Source: Deltaproteobacteria bacterium
Lineage (GTDB): Bacteria; JAGRBM01; JAHCIT01
Direction of reading: 5' to 3'
Length of the DNA stretch: 43,297 nucleotides
Assembly (NCBI GenBank): GCA_026129095.1
Contig: JAHCIT010000014.1
Coordinates: forward strand, 1 to 43,297
The notes under the pieces were generated by a model. That model had not been told where the DNA came from. It saw only the letters and a program-made list of their open reading frames with translations, and searched no databases. Of the stretch, positions 9,529 through 20,257 are shown piece after piece; the first letter of the stretch is position 1; each line of letters starts with the position of its first letter. Position numbers and translations under genes: made by a program.

Positions 9529-12183
9529 ATGAGCACGACCCACGAAATCCCCACGACCTTTGACCCCGGCACCTATGAGGAAAACTGGCTCAGGCGCTGG
9601 CTTGAGTCCGGCATTTTCGCAGCCGATCCCGGTGCGCCCGGCGAGCCGTTTTCCATCGTGATCCCTCCACCGAATGTCACCGGCGCGCTGCATATGGGCC
9701 ATGCGCTGAACAACACGGTCATGGACATCCTCTGCCGGTATCACCGGATGCGGGGACGCAACGTGCTCTGGCTTCCCGGCACCGACCACGCCGGTATTGC
9801 CACGCAATCCGTGGTTGAGCGCGAACTGGCGAAGGAGAAAAAAACCCGCCATGACATCGGGCGCGAACAGTTCGTCATCCGTGTCTGGAAGTGGAAGGAA
9901 GAGTACGGCTCGCGGATCATCCATCAGCTCAAGCGGCTGGGATCATCCTGCGACTGGTCACGCGAACGGTTCACGATGGACGAGGGCCTGAGCCTCGCCG
10001 TCCGGGAAGTATTCGTCCGGCTCTACCGGGAAGGCCTGATCTACAAGGGCGAGTATCTTGTCAACTGGTGTCCGGCGTCGCGGTCGGCCATCAGCGATCT
10101 CGAAGTCGAATACCGGGAAGAAAACGGCAATCTCTGGCATATCCGGTATCCCCTGGCTGACGGTTCGGGCCATCTCGTCGTGGCGACCACCCGGCCTGAG
10201 ACGATGCTCGGCGACACAGCCGTTGCCGTGAATCCCGAAGACGACCGCTATCGCCATCTCCACGGGAAAAGCGTCCGGCTTCCGCTCATGGACCGGGAGA
10301 TTCCCGTCATCACCGACGGGATGGTGGACCGGGAGTTTGGTACCGGCGCCGTGAAAATCACCCCGGCGCATGATCCGAACGACTACCGCGCTGGGCACCG
10401 CCACAAGCTGCCGATGATCAACGTGATGAACCCCGATGGTACGATCAACGGGAACGGCGGGCCGTACCAGGGGCTGGATCGCTATGAGGCGCGAAAGCGG
10501 ATCGTGGCTGACCTGGAAGCGCAGGGGCTTCTGGAAAAGGTCGGGAAGCACCGGAACCGGGTGGGCTACTCCCAGCGTCATGGTGTGCCGGTGGAACCAC
10601 TTATCTCGGAACAGTGGTTCGTGAAAACGGGGCCGCTGGCCGCCGAGGCGCTGAAGGCCGTCAAGGACGGGCGGACCACGTTTCATCCGGCCCAGTGGGC
10701 CAATACCTACTATGCCTGGATGGAGCGTATCGAGGACTGGTGCATTTCGCGCCAGCTCTGGTGGGGTCACCAGATCCCTGCCTGGTACTGCGGGGACTGC
10801 GGACACATCAACGTCGAGATGTCCGCGCCGGTAAAATGCACCAAATGCGGGTCGAAGAACCTCCGGCAGGACGAGGACGTTCTGGATACCTGGTTTTCGT
10901 CAGGGCTCTGGCCGTTTTCGACGATGGGATGGCCCGACGAAACCGAAACGTTGCGGAAATACTACCCGACCTCGGTTCTGGTCACGGCCCACGACATTAT
11001 CTTTTTCTGGGTTGCCCGCATGATGATGATGGGTCTGCACTTCATGGGCGAGGTGCCGTTCCGCAATGTTTATATTCATGCACTGGTGCGGGATGCCGAA
11101 GGGCAGAAGATGTCCAAGACCAAGGGGAACGTCATTGATCCCCTGTCGGTCGTCGATGAGGTCGGAGCCGATTCGGTCCGGTTCACGCTGGCGGCATTTG
11201 CCGCGCAGGGGCGGGATATCCGGCTCTCGCGGGACCGGATCGAGGGCTACCGGAAATTCATCACCAAGCTCTGGAATGCGGCCCGGTTTGTCCAGATGAA
11301 GCTGGGCGGACCGGTGCCGGAACTGGTGCCGGAATCGAAAATGTCGCCGGCTGACCTGTGGGTCCGCCGGGAGCTGGGCATTGCCTCCAGGGAAGTCGCC
11401 CGGGCCATCGAGGCATACGAGTTCGACAAGGCCGCGCTCGCCGCCTACCACTTCGTCTGGGGTACCTACTGCGACTGGTACATCGAGTTCGTGAAGCAGG
11501 ATCTGGCTGAAGGCGCCGACCCGGCACGCAGCGAGGTGGCCAGAAGCGTCCTGGGCAACACGCTGCTGGATACACTGAAACTGCTGCACCCGTTTGTCCC
11601 GTTTGTGACGGACGAACTGGCCTCACGCCTGAAACCCGGCGGAGAGTTCCTGATGAAGGGAAATTTCCCCGCCACGGAAGTCCCCGAAGCGAGCGAGGCC
11701 ATCCGGCAGGTCGAGAACCTGCGGCTGGCCATTACCGCCGTCCGGAACATTCGTGGCGAGCTGAACGTGAAGCCCTCCGGGTTTGTCGATGTGCAGGTCC
11801 GGGGCGAGGGCGCGGCGCTTCTTCTTGGACAGTTCCGGGGCCAGTTCACCGCGCTTGCCCGCATACGCACCCTGTCGGAGCTTGCCGCCGGTGCCGCCCG
11901 GCCAAAGGCGTCAGCGCAGGCGGCCGTCGGCAGGCTGGAAATCATTGTTACCTTCCCCGATGGTATCGAGGTGGAGAAGGAGCGTGACCGGCTGGTGAAG
12001 CAGATCGCAGGCCGCGAGGATGAACTGAAAAAGCTGACCCAGAAACTGTCGAACCAGGGATTTGTGGCCAATGCGGATCCGGACCTTGTGGACGAATACC
12101 GCGAGCGGGAATCCGGACTGAAGCTGGAACTGGAAAAACTGAAGCAGTCGCTCGCCCGGCTGGCTGATTTCGGGGCAGCCTGA
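9529..12183 (+). CDS. valS: Valine--tRNA ligase
   Basis: PPPNVTGALHMGH, GTDHAGIATQ, DWCISRQLWWGH and KMSKT motifs; C-terminal coiled coil. Confidence 0.98.
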   Translation: MSTTHEIPTTFDPGTYEENWLRRWLESGIFAADPGAPGEPFSIVIPPPNVTGALHMGHALNNTVMDILCRYHRMRGRNVLWLPGTDHAGIATQSVVERELAKEKKTRHDIGREQFVIRVWKWKEEYGSRIIHQLKRLGSSCDWSRERFTMDEGLSLAVREVFVRLYREGLIYKGEYLVNWCPASRSAISDLEVEYREENGNLWHIRYPLADGSGHLVVATTRPETMLGDTAVAVNPEDDRYRHLHGKSVRLPLMDREIPVITDGMVDREFGTGAVKITPAHDPNDYRAGHRHKLPMINVMNPDGTINGNGGPYQGLDRYEARKRIVADLEAQGLLEKVGKHRNRVGYSQRHGVPVEPLISEQWFVKTGPLAAEALKAVKDGRTTFHPAQWANTYYAWMERIEDWCISRQLWWGHQIPAWYCGDCGHINVEMSAPVKCTKCGSKNLRQDEDVLDTWFSSGLWPFSTMGWPDETETLRKYYPTSVLVTAHDIIFFWVARMMMMGLHFMGEVPFRNVYIHALVRDAEGQKMSKTKGNVIDPLSVVDEVGADSVRFTLAAFAAQGRDIRLSRDRIEGYRKFITKLWNAARFVQMKLGGPVPELVPESKMSPADLWVRRELGIASREVARAIEAYEFDKAALAAYHFVWGTYCDWYIEFVKQDLAEGADPARSEVARSVLGNTLLDTLKLLHPFVPFVTDELASRLKPGGEFLMKGNFPATEVPEASEAIRQVENLRLAITAVRNIRGELNVKPSGFVDVQVRGEGAALLLGQFRGQFTALARIRTLSELAAGAARPKASAQAAVGRLEIIVTFPDGIEVEKERDRLVKQIAGREDELKKLTQKLSNQGFVANADPDLVDEYRERESGLKLELEKLKQSLARLADFGAA

Positions 12184-12210
12184 TGCACTGATTGCCGCTG
12201 ATTATCACCG

Positions 12211-13206
12211 ATGGCCGGCCTTACCCACACGGAACTGTCCATGCTGGACCTGCTGAGAAGCGGCGGGGGATTCCATTCGTCGGCGGAGCTGACGGAAAAG
12301 CTGGGCGTCACGCGGGCGGCGATGTCAAAGGCCGTGGCGCGTCTCCGGGACCGGGGCTATGGCATAGAGTCAAAGGCGTCGGTCGGTTATGCGCTGGAGA
12401 GTCTTCCCGACCGGCTGTACCCAGAACTGATCCAGCACGGCCTGGAGACCCAGTTTGCGGGGCAGGAGATCGTCTGGTTCGAGAAGACCGACTCCACCAA
12501 TACCCAGGCCGCCCGGCTCGCAGACAAGGGTGCAGCCGAGGGGGTTCTCGTCGTGGCCGAATCCCAGTCGGCCGGTCGCGGACGGCTCGGCAGATCCTGG
12601 GTATCTCCGGCCGGGCTCAACTTTTACGGCAGTTTCGTGTTGCGCCCTTCGCTTGCGCCGGTGGCTGCCGCGCAGGTGACGTTGCTGTCGGGGCTCTGCG
12701 TGGCCCGGTCGATCGAGGCGGTGTCCGGCGTGCGCCCCCGGATCAAATGGCCCAATGACGTGCTGATCGGTGACCGGAAAGTGTCCGGCGTGCTGACCGA
12801 ATCGTCCAGCGAGCTGGACCGGATCAACTGGATCGTGCTGGGCATTGGCGTGAACCTGAACGTGGAAAAGTTCCCTGCCGAACTGAAGGATATCGCAACG
12901 AGTGTGCGGATCGAGTCGGGAAACCGGGTGGACCGGGCCGCCTTCGCCCGGCGGCTCTGCATGGAACTGGAGGCCCACTATCTCCGGTTCGTGACGCAGG
13001 GGTTTGCGCCGTTCCGTGACGACTGGGAGCGGTTCGCACGGATGGCGGGCGAGGAGGTCCGGGTCGGTACCGGGACAGAGACTGTTGAGGGCCGGTCGCT
13101 CGGTCTTGATTCGGACGGATTCCTGCAAGTAGAAACGGCGGAGCGCCGCGTGGTGCGGATCGTCGCCGGTGACGTCACGCTGATCCGGGGTCAGAACCGG
13201 CGCTAG
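12211..13206 (+). CDS. birA: Bifunctional biotin--protein ligase / repressor
   Basis: N-terminal HTH (LGVTRAAMSKAVARL), DSTN, QSAGRGRLGRSW, KWPND, KVSGVL and GIGVN. Confidence 0.96.
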   Translation: MAGLTHTELSMLDLLRSGGGFHSSAELTEKLGVTRAAMSKAVARLRDRGYGIESKASVGYALESLPDRLYPELIQHGLETQFAGQEIVWFEKTDSTNTQAARLADKGAAEGVLVVAESQSAGRGRLGRSWVSPAGLNFYGSFVLRPSLAPVAAAQVTLLSGLCVARSIEAVSGVRPRIKWPNDVLIGDRKVSGVLTESSSELDRINWIVLGIGVNLNVEKFPAELKDIATSVRIESGNRVDRAAFARRLCMELEAHYLRFVTQGFAPFRDDWERFARMAGEEVRVGTGTETVEGRSLGLDSDGFLQVETAERRVVRIVAGDVTLIRGQNRR

Positions 13207-13242
13207 TTTTCCGGTCCGCACTGCAATTCAGGTGAAACATCC

Positions 13243-14013
13243 ATGCTGCTAGTGATCGATGTCGGCAATACCAATATCGTTTTCGGCGTTTATGACGGCG
13301 ACGAGCTGGCCGGGCACTGGCGGATTGCCACCAATCCCGACCGTACGACCGATGAGACTGGCATCCTGCTTCACGAGATTTTCAACTTCGCGGGAATCGA
13401 TATCCGCAAGATCCGGGGTTCGGTAATCTCGTCGGTCGTGCCGCCTGTGCTCCACCCGGTGACGCGCATGTGCGAACGCTACTTCCGCCATGCGCCGCTG
13501 GTGGTGGGACCGGGCATCAAGACCGGTATCAGCATCCTGTACGACAATCCCAAGGAGGTCGGGGCTGACCGGATCGTTAATGCCGTAGCCGCGCACCACA
13601 TGTACCCCGGCGACAACTGCGTCGTGGTGGATTTCGGGACGGCGACGACTTTCGATTACGTGACGCGCAAGGGAGAGTATCTGGGCGGGGTGATCTCGCC
13701 GGGCCTTCAGGTGGCCCTGAACGGCCTCTTTTCGGCGGCCTCAAAACTGCCCCGCGTCGAAATCGCCAAGCCAACGAAAATACTGGGGAAAAACACTGTT
13801 CACGCGATTCAGGCGGGGATTTTCTATGGCTACGTCGGCCTTGTGGACGGGATCGTCAACCGCCTGCGGGAAGAGCAGGGTGATCTCAAGGCCCGGGTTC
13901 TGGCTACCGGGGGGCTTTCGTCGCTGATTGCCCAGGAATCGAAGACAATTGAAGAAGTAGATGCCTTCCTCACGCTTTTTGGGTTAAAATTGATCTACGA
14001 AATGAATCGTTGA
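13243..14013 (+). CDS. coaX: Type III pantothenate kinase
   Basis: IDVGNTN, SSVVP, VGADR, VVDFGTATT, GGVISPG and ATGG. Confidence 0.97.
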   Translation: MLLVIDVGNTNIVFGVYDGDELAGHWRIATNPDRTTDETGILLHEIFNFAGIDIRKIRGSVISSVVPPVLHPVTRMCERYFRHAPLVVGPGIKTGISILYDNPKEVGADRIVNAVAAHHMYPGDNCVVVDFGTATTFDYVTRKGEYLGGVISPGLQVALNGLFSAASKLPRVEIAKPTKILGKNTVHAIQAGIFYGYVGLVDGIVNRLREEQGDLKARVLATGGLSSLIAQESKTIEEVDAFLTLFGLKLIYEMNR

Positions 14014-14078
14014 ACTGCGGCCTCCAAGCCCGTCTTCTGGATGCCGCACGCCCGGATTGCCGGATGAGGGTGAGTGGC

Positions 14079-14546
14079 ATGGACATGGACGATCTGAGAC
14101 GCCGCCGGAAGGCAGCGGTCGAGATGCTCGACGCCGGGCGGGTGGAAGATGCACTCGTTGAACTGAAGAAACTGAAATCCGAGGCTCCCGAGGACATGCT
14201 TGTGCTCTCGTATCTCGGACTCGCGCTTGCCCGGGAAGGGGCCGATACCGGCCGTGCGATCGAGGCGTGCAGCAAGGCCGCCCAGATCGAGTTTTTCCGC
14301 CCGGAATGTTTCCTGAACATGGCGAAGGTCTATCTCCAGCTTGGGAAAAAACCTCAGGCCATTGAGGCGATCTACAAGGGGCTCACGGTGGATCCCGAGC
14401 ACGATGAACTCCGGCAACTGGCCTATTCGCTGGGTATCCGGCGCAAGCCGGCCCTGGGATTTCTCCCGCGAAACCATCCTGTAAACAAGTGGATTGGAAG
14501 ACTGACCTGGTGGTTGTCCGGCGAAAGCCACGCTTCAGCCGGGTAA
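14079..14546 (+). CDS. Tetratricopeptide repeat protein
   Basis: TPR-like helices (CFLNMAKVYLQLGKKPQAIEAIYKGLTVDPEH) and a basic C-terminus. Start uncertain (14010, 14064, 14079 or 14085). Confidence 0.75.
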   Translation: MDMDDLRRRRKAAVEMLDAGRVEDALVELKKLKSEAPEDMLVLSYLGLALAREGADTGRAIEACSKAAQIEFFRPECFLNMAKVYLQLGKKPQAIEAIYKGLTVDPEHDELRQLAYSLGIRRKPALGFLPRNHPVNKWIGRLTWWLSGESHASAG

Positions 14547-14779
14547 GCTCCGCTGGCCCGCGGCGATGCTTATGGAACTCCCCTGCTCTTGACAGTCTGT
14601 TCCGTTAACCGCAAAATGGCGAAAATGTTGAGCTTTCCGGCTGTCCCACACAGCATGATCCGGTAGCTCCGCCTGGCACCTCGTCCGTTGTTCCCGGGAA
14701 TCAGGAATAACAGATCAAGGATGAAGTGGCCCTAAGCGCGGTCCCAGGCGGCATCCGGTCAAGGGAGTTCCTCTCCAAC

Positions 14780-15904
14780 ATGGCGAAAGATGGCAGCGGC
14801 GGCGACGGAATGGATGAAGCGTCGCTGGACGATTTCTTCCAGCCCCCCACGCAGGATGAAGGCGGCGATGTAGTCGACGCGGAACTGTTTGCTCCGCCAG
14901 CACCTCTTCCTGCAGCGAAAAAAAATGCGCCGGCTGGCGCGAAAAAGACCCCGGTGCTTCAGGACCACGAGGCGGTTCAGCCATTCGGTACGGCTGAAGA
15001 AGCTCCCCTTGAAATGACGCCGGACGATGATGTGACCGACCTATTCGGTGATACGTCCGGTCCGGGTGAACCGGCCCAGGCGGTTGAAGACCTCGATTTT
15101 TCCGATGGAGCGCCGGACAAGGCCAAAAAACGGAAAAAGATGATACTGATTGGCGGCGCCGTCCTCGGATTGCTGCTGCTCATCGGTGCCGGCTTCATGC
15201 TGTTTGGCGGATCAGCGACTCCGCCTCCTCCTCCGCCCCGGCCGGTCGCAGCCGAGCCGTCTCCGCCGGTGGAGGCTCCGCCGCCCGCGCCGAAGATTGT
15301 GGATCCGTTTCCGGGTCCGTTTGCCATGCTGGGCGACATAGATCGCCGGCCCGATGGGGCGAACGTGCTGACGCGGACACTGTTCAACGCTTCCGGCGAT
15401 GCCGATGAAGCGGCCCGCTCGGCGCTTCCCCGGCTGGCCAAAAACCAGTTCCTCAGTTTCTATTTCGGCACCTACGTCGTGCCGGCCCATCTGGATGGAG
15501 CCAAGGAACGGGTCCGCCAGTGGGGCATCAAGCCCATCCAGCGCACCGCCGATGCCCGCATCGACATGCTGCGGCTCAGGGTGGCCGAGTTCCCCCAGCG
15601 TGCGACCTCGGAGAAGCTGGCCCGCGAACTGAAAGGCAAGGGCTTCGACGCCTTTGTCATCAAGAACTCGCCATCCAGCTATACGGTCTATGCAGGCAGC
15701 TTTTTCACCCAGGCCAAATATGCCGAATATGCCGCAAAGCTGGGGCCTGCGGGATATCCACCGGGCACCCAGGAACGGGTTCAACTAACCAAGCGGGTAT
15801 ATGATCTCTGGGGTGGCCAGTACAAGACCGTTCCCGAAGCCGAAACGGCCATGACCAGCATGTTGAAGGCCGGCTGGAATCCCCGGCTGTATCTGGCGGA
15901 CTGA
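14780..15904 (+). CDS. Bitopic membrane protein with SPOR-like periplasmic domains
   Basis: Acidic N-terminus, KKRKK followed by a TM helix, poly-Pro linker, then SPOR-like units (LRVAEF...LARELKGKGFDAFVI; YTVYAGSF; GQYKTVPEAE). Confidence 0.7.
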   Translation: MAKDGSGGDGMDEASLDDFFQPPTQDEGGDVVDAELFAPPAPLPAAKKNAPAGAKKTPVLQDHEAVQPFGTAEEAPLEMTPDDDVTDLFGDTSGPGEPAQAVEDLDFSDGAPDKAKKRKKMILIGGAVLGLLLLIGAGFMLFGGSATPPPPPPRPVAAEPSPPVEAPPPAPKIVDPFPGPFAMLGDIDRRPDGANVLTRTLFNASGDADEAARSALPRLAKNQFLSFYFGTYVVPAHLDGAKERVRQWGIKPIQRTADARIDMLRLRVAEFPQRATSEKLARELKGKGFDAFVIKNSPSSYTVYAGSFFTQAKYAEYAAKLGPAGYPPGTQERVQLTKRVYDLWGGQYKTVPEAETAMTSMLKAGWNPRLYLAD

Positions 15905-16123
15905 CGTTTTTTGCCAATCTAAAGGCCCTGCTTCTTTTTCCATCGTGGCATGACTGGCTAGACTGTGTGCCGGAAGGTTTAGCCAGCAGGGGGCATTCGC
16001 CCCATGCGGCCTGCCCGGTGCACTGCAGGCCATGATCGGAAATGAGTGCCGTGTCATGGGCACGGTGCATGGAAACCGGTCCCATGAGCGGGACGCGGCG
16101 CTGTTTTTGGGACGAGGGCAGAC

Positions 16124-17257
16124 GTGGAAATTCCCCAGGTACTCCGGAAATTCGTCGGGCCTGACGCCCCGGAGAAAACACGTCTCATGGCGGCCAGGGG
16201 GCTGGTGCCGCTCAAGCCCGAAGACCTGCTGATCGCCCTGTATTTCCTGTCGAGCGATCCGGTGGATGCCGTCCGGGAGGCTGCGGCCAAGGCGGCCGGC
16301 GAACTTCCGGCGCCGATGGTCGCCTCCACTGTTTCAAAAATCGAGGCCCCTGAAGTGCTCGATTACCTGGCGAAGATTGGGCTGCCGGACGAAGTCATGG
16401 AGCGGATCATCACTTCCAAGCGAATATCCGACGAGACGTTGATGCATGTGGCGCGGACAGGCGACCGCATGCTCGTGGATATCATCTCGCAGAACCAGGA
16501 ACGGATGATTGATAACGCCCAGATCACTGTTGCGCTGCTGGAAAACCCGAAGCTGGATATCGACATTCGCGCCCGGGTGATCGAGTTCCGTCACATCTTC
16601 CTCGGGATCAAGGACGAAACTCCCCCCGGTCCCGTGGCCCGGACAGCCACACTTGCGGACGCCGGTGGTGACGTCGAGATGCTCGAACTGGATGACGATG
16701 CCATTTCGGATGCTCCCAAGGCTGATGAATTCGCCGACATGGACTTCCCTGAAGAATGGCTGAGCGATGCACCGGCCGAGGGCGGGGCCGAAGAAGAAGC
16801 CAATCTGTTCGAGCTGGCCAAGACCAATGTCTATGCTGCCATCGCCAAGATGTCGATCGCCCAGAAGATGCGGCTTGCTTCGCAGGGAAACAAGGCTGTC
16901 CGGGCCCTGCTGGTCCGCGACCCAAACCGGCTGGTGTCGATGTCGGTCATGAAAAACCCGCAGCTCACCGAACCGGAAGTCGAGGCATTTGCCGCGGACA
17001 AGAACATCGACGCATTCGTGCTGGGATCCATTGCCCAGAGCAAGACCCACTCGAAGCTGTATGGGGTTCGTTACTCCATCGTGAACAATCCGAAGGCTCC
17101 GCTCGACCAGGCCATGAAATTTCTTGCAACGCTGATGCCTTCCGACCAGAAGGAAGTCAGCAAGAACAAGAATGCCTCGGCATCGGTCCGGGGTGCTGCA
17201 CGCCGGATATTGCAGCTCCGCGAGGAAGAAGAACGGCGCAAGAAAGAAAAGAAATAG
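16124..17257 (+). CDS. Conserved hypothetical helical-repeat (HEAT/LRV-like) protein
   Basis: Strong codon bias; repeated helical units ending in xxNP (LLENP, VMKNP, IVNNP); GTG start with a GAGG RBS-like sequence. Confidence 0.7.
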   Translation: MEIPQVLRKFVGPDAPEKTRLMAARGLVPLKPEDLLIALYFLSSDPVDAVREAAAKAAGELPAPMVASTVSKIEAPEVLDYLAKIGLPDEVMERIITSKRISDETLMHVARTGDRMLVDIISQNQERMIDNAQITVALLENPKLDIDIRARVIEFRHIFLGIKDETPPGPVARTATLADAGGDVEMLELDDDAISDAPKADEFADMDFPEEWLSDAPAEGGAEEEANLFELAKTNVYAAIAKMSIAQKMRLASQGNKAVRALLVRDPNRLVSMSVMKNPQLTEPEVEAFAADKNIDAFVLGSIAQSKTHSKLYGVRYSIVNNPKAPLDQAMKFLATLMPSDQKEVSKNKNASASVRGAARRILQLREEEERRKKEKK

Positions 17258-17284
17258 CGCGAAAGGCAGTCCGGACTCCGAAAC

Positions 17285-18322
17285 GTGGCAACCTTCAACA
17301 ACACCACCCGCGACATTCGCGCGAAGATTGTCTATTACGGGCCGGGGCAGTCCGGGAAAACCACGAATATCCAGTACATCCACGCCAAGCTGAAGGAAGA
17401 CCTGCGTGGCGACCTGATGACGCTGGCGACCGAACAGGACCGGACGCTGTTTTTCGACTATCTGCCGGTGGACCTTGGGGAGATCAGCGGGTTCAAGACC
17501 CGGATACAGGTCTACACCGTACCGGGCCAGGTTTTCTACAATTCGACGCGGAAACTCGTCCTGAAGAACGCCGATGGAATAGTGTTCGTTGCCGATTCCT
17601 CGCGCCGGTTCCTCAAGGACAACCTGGAAAGCTTTCAGAACCTTATCGACAACCTGCGGGACTATGGACTGAAGGTGACGGACCTGCCGCTGGTTGTCCA
17701 GTTCAACAAACGTGACGCTCCCGACGCAATGCCGGTCGCCGAGTTGCAGGAAAAACTCAACCGTGCCGGGTTTCCGCAGTTCGAGGCGGTGGCCAGTTCG
17801 GGCCAGGGAGTGCTTCCGACCTTTCAGGGGCTCACCAAGCTGGTCCTGAAGCACATCAAGGATACCACCATCGGGGGAATGCCTCCGCTTCCAGGGAGCC
17901 AGCGCCCGGTTCCGCGGCCGGCGCTTCGGATCTCACCCGCGCCTTCCGCGCCGGTTCCGTCGCTCGAAGGCGAGCAGCAGCTTGACGCCGACGAGGAGGC
18001 CCTGCTGGACAGTCTGGGGCCGCCGTCGACCGGGTCTGTGGCACCAGCAGCCTCCGCGCCACAAAAACCTGATGCCGTGCCGACGGCGGCGATACTGGCT
18101 GCTGCCGGCATCCCGGCGCCTGCGGCGAAGAATGTCGCGCCGGAAACGGTTTCCAAGATCGATCCGGTTCCCACGCGGCTTGCTGTAACCGGAATTGGTT
18201 CCATCGAGACCGCGCCCGGTGGCGGTATTCTGGTCACGGTCCGGCTCAAGGATCCCCTTACCGGAAAGACCTACGAGGCCAAGATCGACCTGTCGGTCCG
18301 GGCTCCTGCCGGAGGGAAATAG
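17285..18322 (+). CDS. MglA-family small Ras-like GTPase with long C-terminal extension (SofG-like orphan paralog)
   Basis: KIVYYGPGQSGKTTN (G1), DRTLFFD, YTVPGQVFY (G3), GIVFVADS and NKRD (G4) are MglA-family motifs; no mglB is adjacent. Confidence 0.9.
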   Translation: MATFNNTTRDIRAKIVYYGPGQSGKTTNIQYIHAKLKEDLRGDLMTLATEQDRTLFFDYLPVDLGEISGFKTRIQVYTVPGQVFYNSTRKLVLKNADGIVFVADSSRRFLKDNLESFQNLIDNLRDYGLKVTDLPLVVQFNKRDAPDAMPVAELQEKLNRAGFPQFEAVASSGQGVLPTFQGLTKLVLKHIKDTTIGGMPPLPGSQRPVPRPALRISPAPSAPVPSLEGEQQLDADEEALLDSLGPPSTGSVAPAASAPQKPDAVPTAAILAAAGIPAPAAKNVAPETVSKIDPVPTRLAVTGIGSIETAPGGGILVTVRLKDPLTGKTYEAKIDLSVRAPAGGK

Positions 18323-18448
18323 GCCCGCTTTTGCCTAAGTGTATCATAATGCTAGGCTCGCTGCCCCGCATGGACCTGTTGTGCGGTACCTGAACCGGCG
18401 GCCGGATATCCCCGGCGCCGGCATGAAAGCGACTCTGGCCCTAACCCT

Positions 18449-20257
18449 ATGGAACCCTCATCACGCTCCCTCAGGCTGCAGCCCCTTGATGGCTGGCAGC
18501 GAACCCACCGTAATCATGAATTGACCGCAAAGGATGCGGGGCAGGAAGTGGTCCTGTTCGGCTGGGCGCATTCAAACCGTGACCACGGCGGCGTCATCTT
18601 TATTGATCTCAGGGATCGTTGGGGGATCACGCAGGTGGTGGCTGATCCGGCCCACAGCAAGGAAGCGCATGCCCATGCCGATCTTGTCCGCGGCGAATTC
18701 GTGCTGGCGGTAAGGGGCCGTGTCCGGTCCCGGCCAAAGGACATGATCAACCCGCGCCTTCCGACCGGCGAGATCGAGGTGCTGGTGGACGAACTCCGGA
18801 TCCTGAACACCAGTGCGCCGCCGCCGTTCCAGATAGACGACAAGAGCGAGGTGAACGAGAACACTCGTCTCAAGTACAGGTATCTCGACCTCCGCCGTCC
18901 CGTGGTGCAGAGGCCATTTGTGCTCCGGCACGAGATCATGGCGGCCACCCGGCAGTATTTGAACCGGAACGGGTTTCTGGATCTGGAAACACCGATGCTC
19001 ACCAAGTCGACGCCGGAAGGCGCACGGGATTTTCTCGTTCCCTCACGGGTCAATCCTGGCCGCTTTTATGCCCTGCCCCAGTCACCGCAGCTGTTCAAGC
19101 AGATACTGATGGTGTCGGGCTTCGATGCGTACTACCAGATCGTCAAATGCTTCCGCGACGAGGATTTGCGGGCCGACCGGCAGCCTGAATTTACGCAGAT
19201 CGATATCGAAAAGAGCTTCCTTACCTGCGAACAGATGTACGCCCTCATCGAGGGGCTCCTGAAGGAACTGGTGAAGGTCTCCCGGGGCTATGACATTTCC
19301 ACTCCTTTCCCGCGGCTCACTTACGCCGAGGTGATGGAGCGATATGGCTCCGACAAGCCAGACACCCGGTTCGGCCTTGAGCATCTCACGGTGACCGACC
19401 TGTTCAGGGGGTCCGGCGTCAAGGTATTCGCCGCGCAGGTGGAGTCTGGCGGCATCGTCAAGGCGATGAATGCCAAGGGCGGCGGCCAGCTCTCGCGGAG
19501 CGAGATCGACTCGTTGACGGACCTGGTGAAGATACACGGAGCCAAGGGGCTTGCGTGGATCAAGATCAACGAGGGCGGTGCGTGGCAATCGCCAATAGAG
19601 AAGTTCCTCTCGCCTGCCGAGAAGGACGGACTCAGGGAACGGCTGAAACCCGAAGTCGGCGACATCCTTTTCTTCATGGCCGACAAACCGGCGGTTGCTC
19701 ACGCGGCCCTGTCGGCCGTGCGGCTGCATCTGGGAGCGAAGCTGAACCTCATTGACCAGGCGAAGCTGAACTTCCTGTGGGTGACCGACTTCCCCATGTT
19801 CGAATTCGACGAGGCGGAAAAGCGGTATGTGGCGCTCCACCATCCGTTCACCGCGCCGCGGGACGAGGACATTCCACTCCTTGACACCGACCCGCTCAAG
19901 GCGACGGCCCAGGCATACGATATCGTGCTGAATGGCCTGGAACTGGGCGGCGGCTCGATCCGTATCCACCGGCAGGATATCCAGCAGAAGGTTTTCAGCG
20001 CGCTCGGACTGACGGCCGAGGAGTCACAGGCAAAGTTCGGGTTCCTTCTTGACGCGCTGCAGTTCGGAACGCCGCCCCATGGGGGGCTGGCGCTGGGTCT
20101 TGACCGGACCGTCATGCTGCTGGCCGGAATGCACTCGATCCGGGATGTGATCACCTTCCCCAAGACCCAGAAGGGGGTAGATCTCATGACCGACGCCCCG
20201 GGGGAAGTAGATGCAAAACAGCTTCTGGAGCTCTCGATCCGTATCCACCGGCCCTGA
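18449..20257 (+). CDS. aspS: Aspartate--tRNA ligase
   Basis: RDHGGVIFIDLRD, RLKYRYLDLRR, STPEGARDFLVPSR, FRDEDLRADRQPEFTQ and PPHGGLALGLDR. Confidence 0.98.
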   Translation: MEPSSRSLRLQPLDGWQRTHRNHELTAKDAGQEVVLFGWAHSNRDHGGVIFIDLRDRWGITQVVADPAHSKEAHAHADLVRGEFVLAVRGRVRSRPKDMINPRLPTGEIEVLVDELRILNTSAPPPFQIDDKSEVNENTRLKYRYLDLRRPVVQRPFVLRHEIMAATRQYLNRNGFLDLETPMLTKSTPEGARDFLVPSRVNPGRFYALPQSPQLFKQILMVSGFDAYYQIVKCFRDEDLRADRQPEFTQIDIEKSFLTCEQMYALIEGLLKELVKVSRGYDISTPFPRLTYAEVMERYGSDKPDTRFGLEHLTVTDLFRGSGVKVFAAQVESGGIVKAMNAKGGGQLSRSEIDSLTDLVKIHGAKGLAWIKINEGGAWQSPIEKFLSPAEKDGLRERLKPEVGDILFFMADKPAVAHAALSAVRLHLGAKLNLIDQAKLNFLWVTDFPMFEFDEAEKRYVALHHPFTAPRDEDIPLLDTDPLKATAQAYDIVLNGLELGGGSIRIHRQDIQQKVFSALGLTAEESQAKFGFLLDALQFGTPPHGGLALGLDRTVMLLAGMHSIRDVITFPKTQKGVDLMTDAPGEVDAKQLLELSIRIHRP

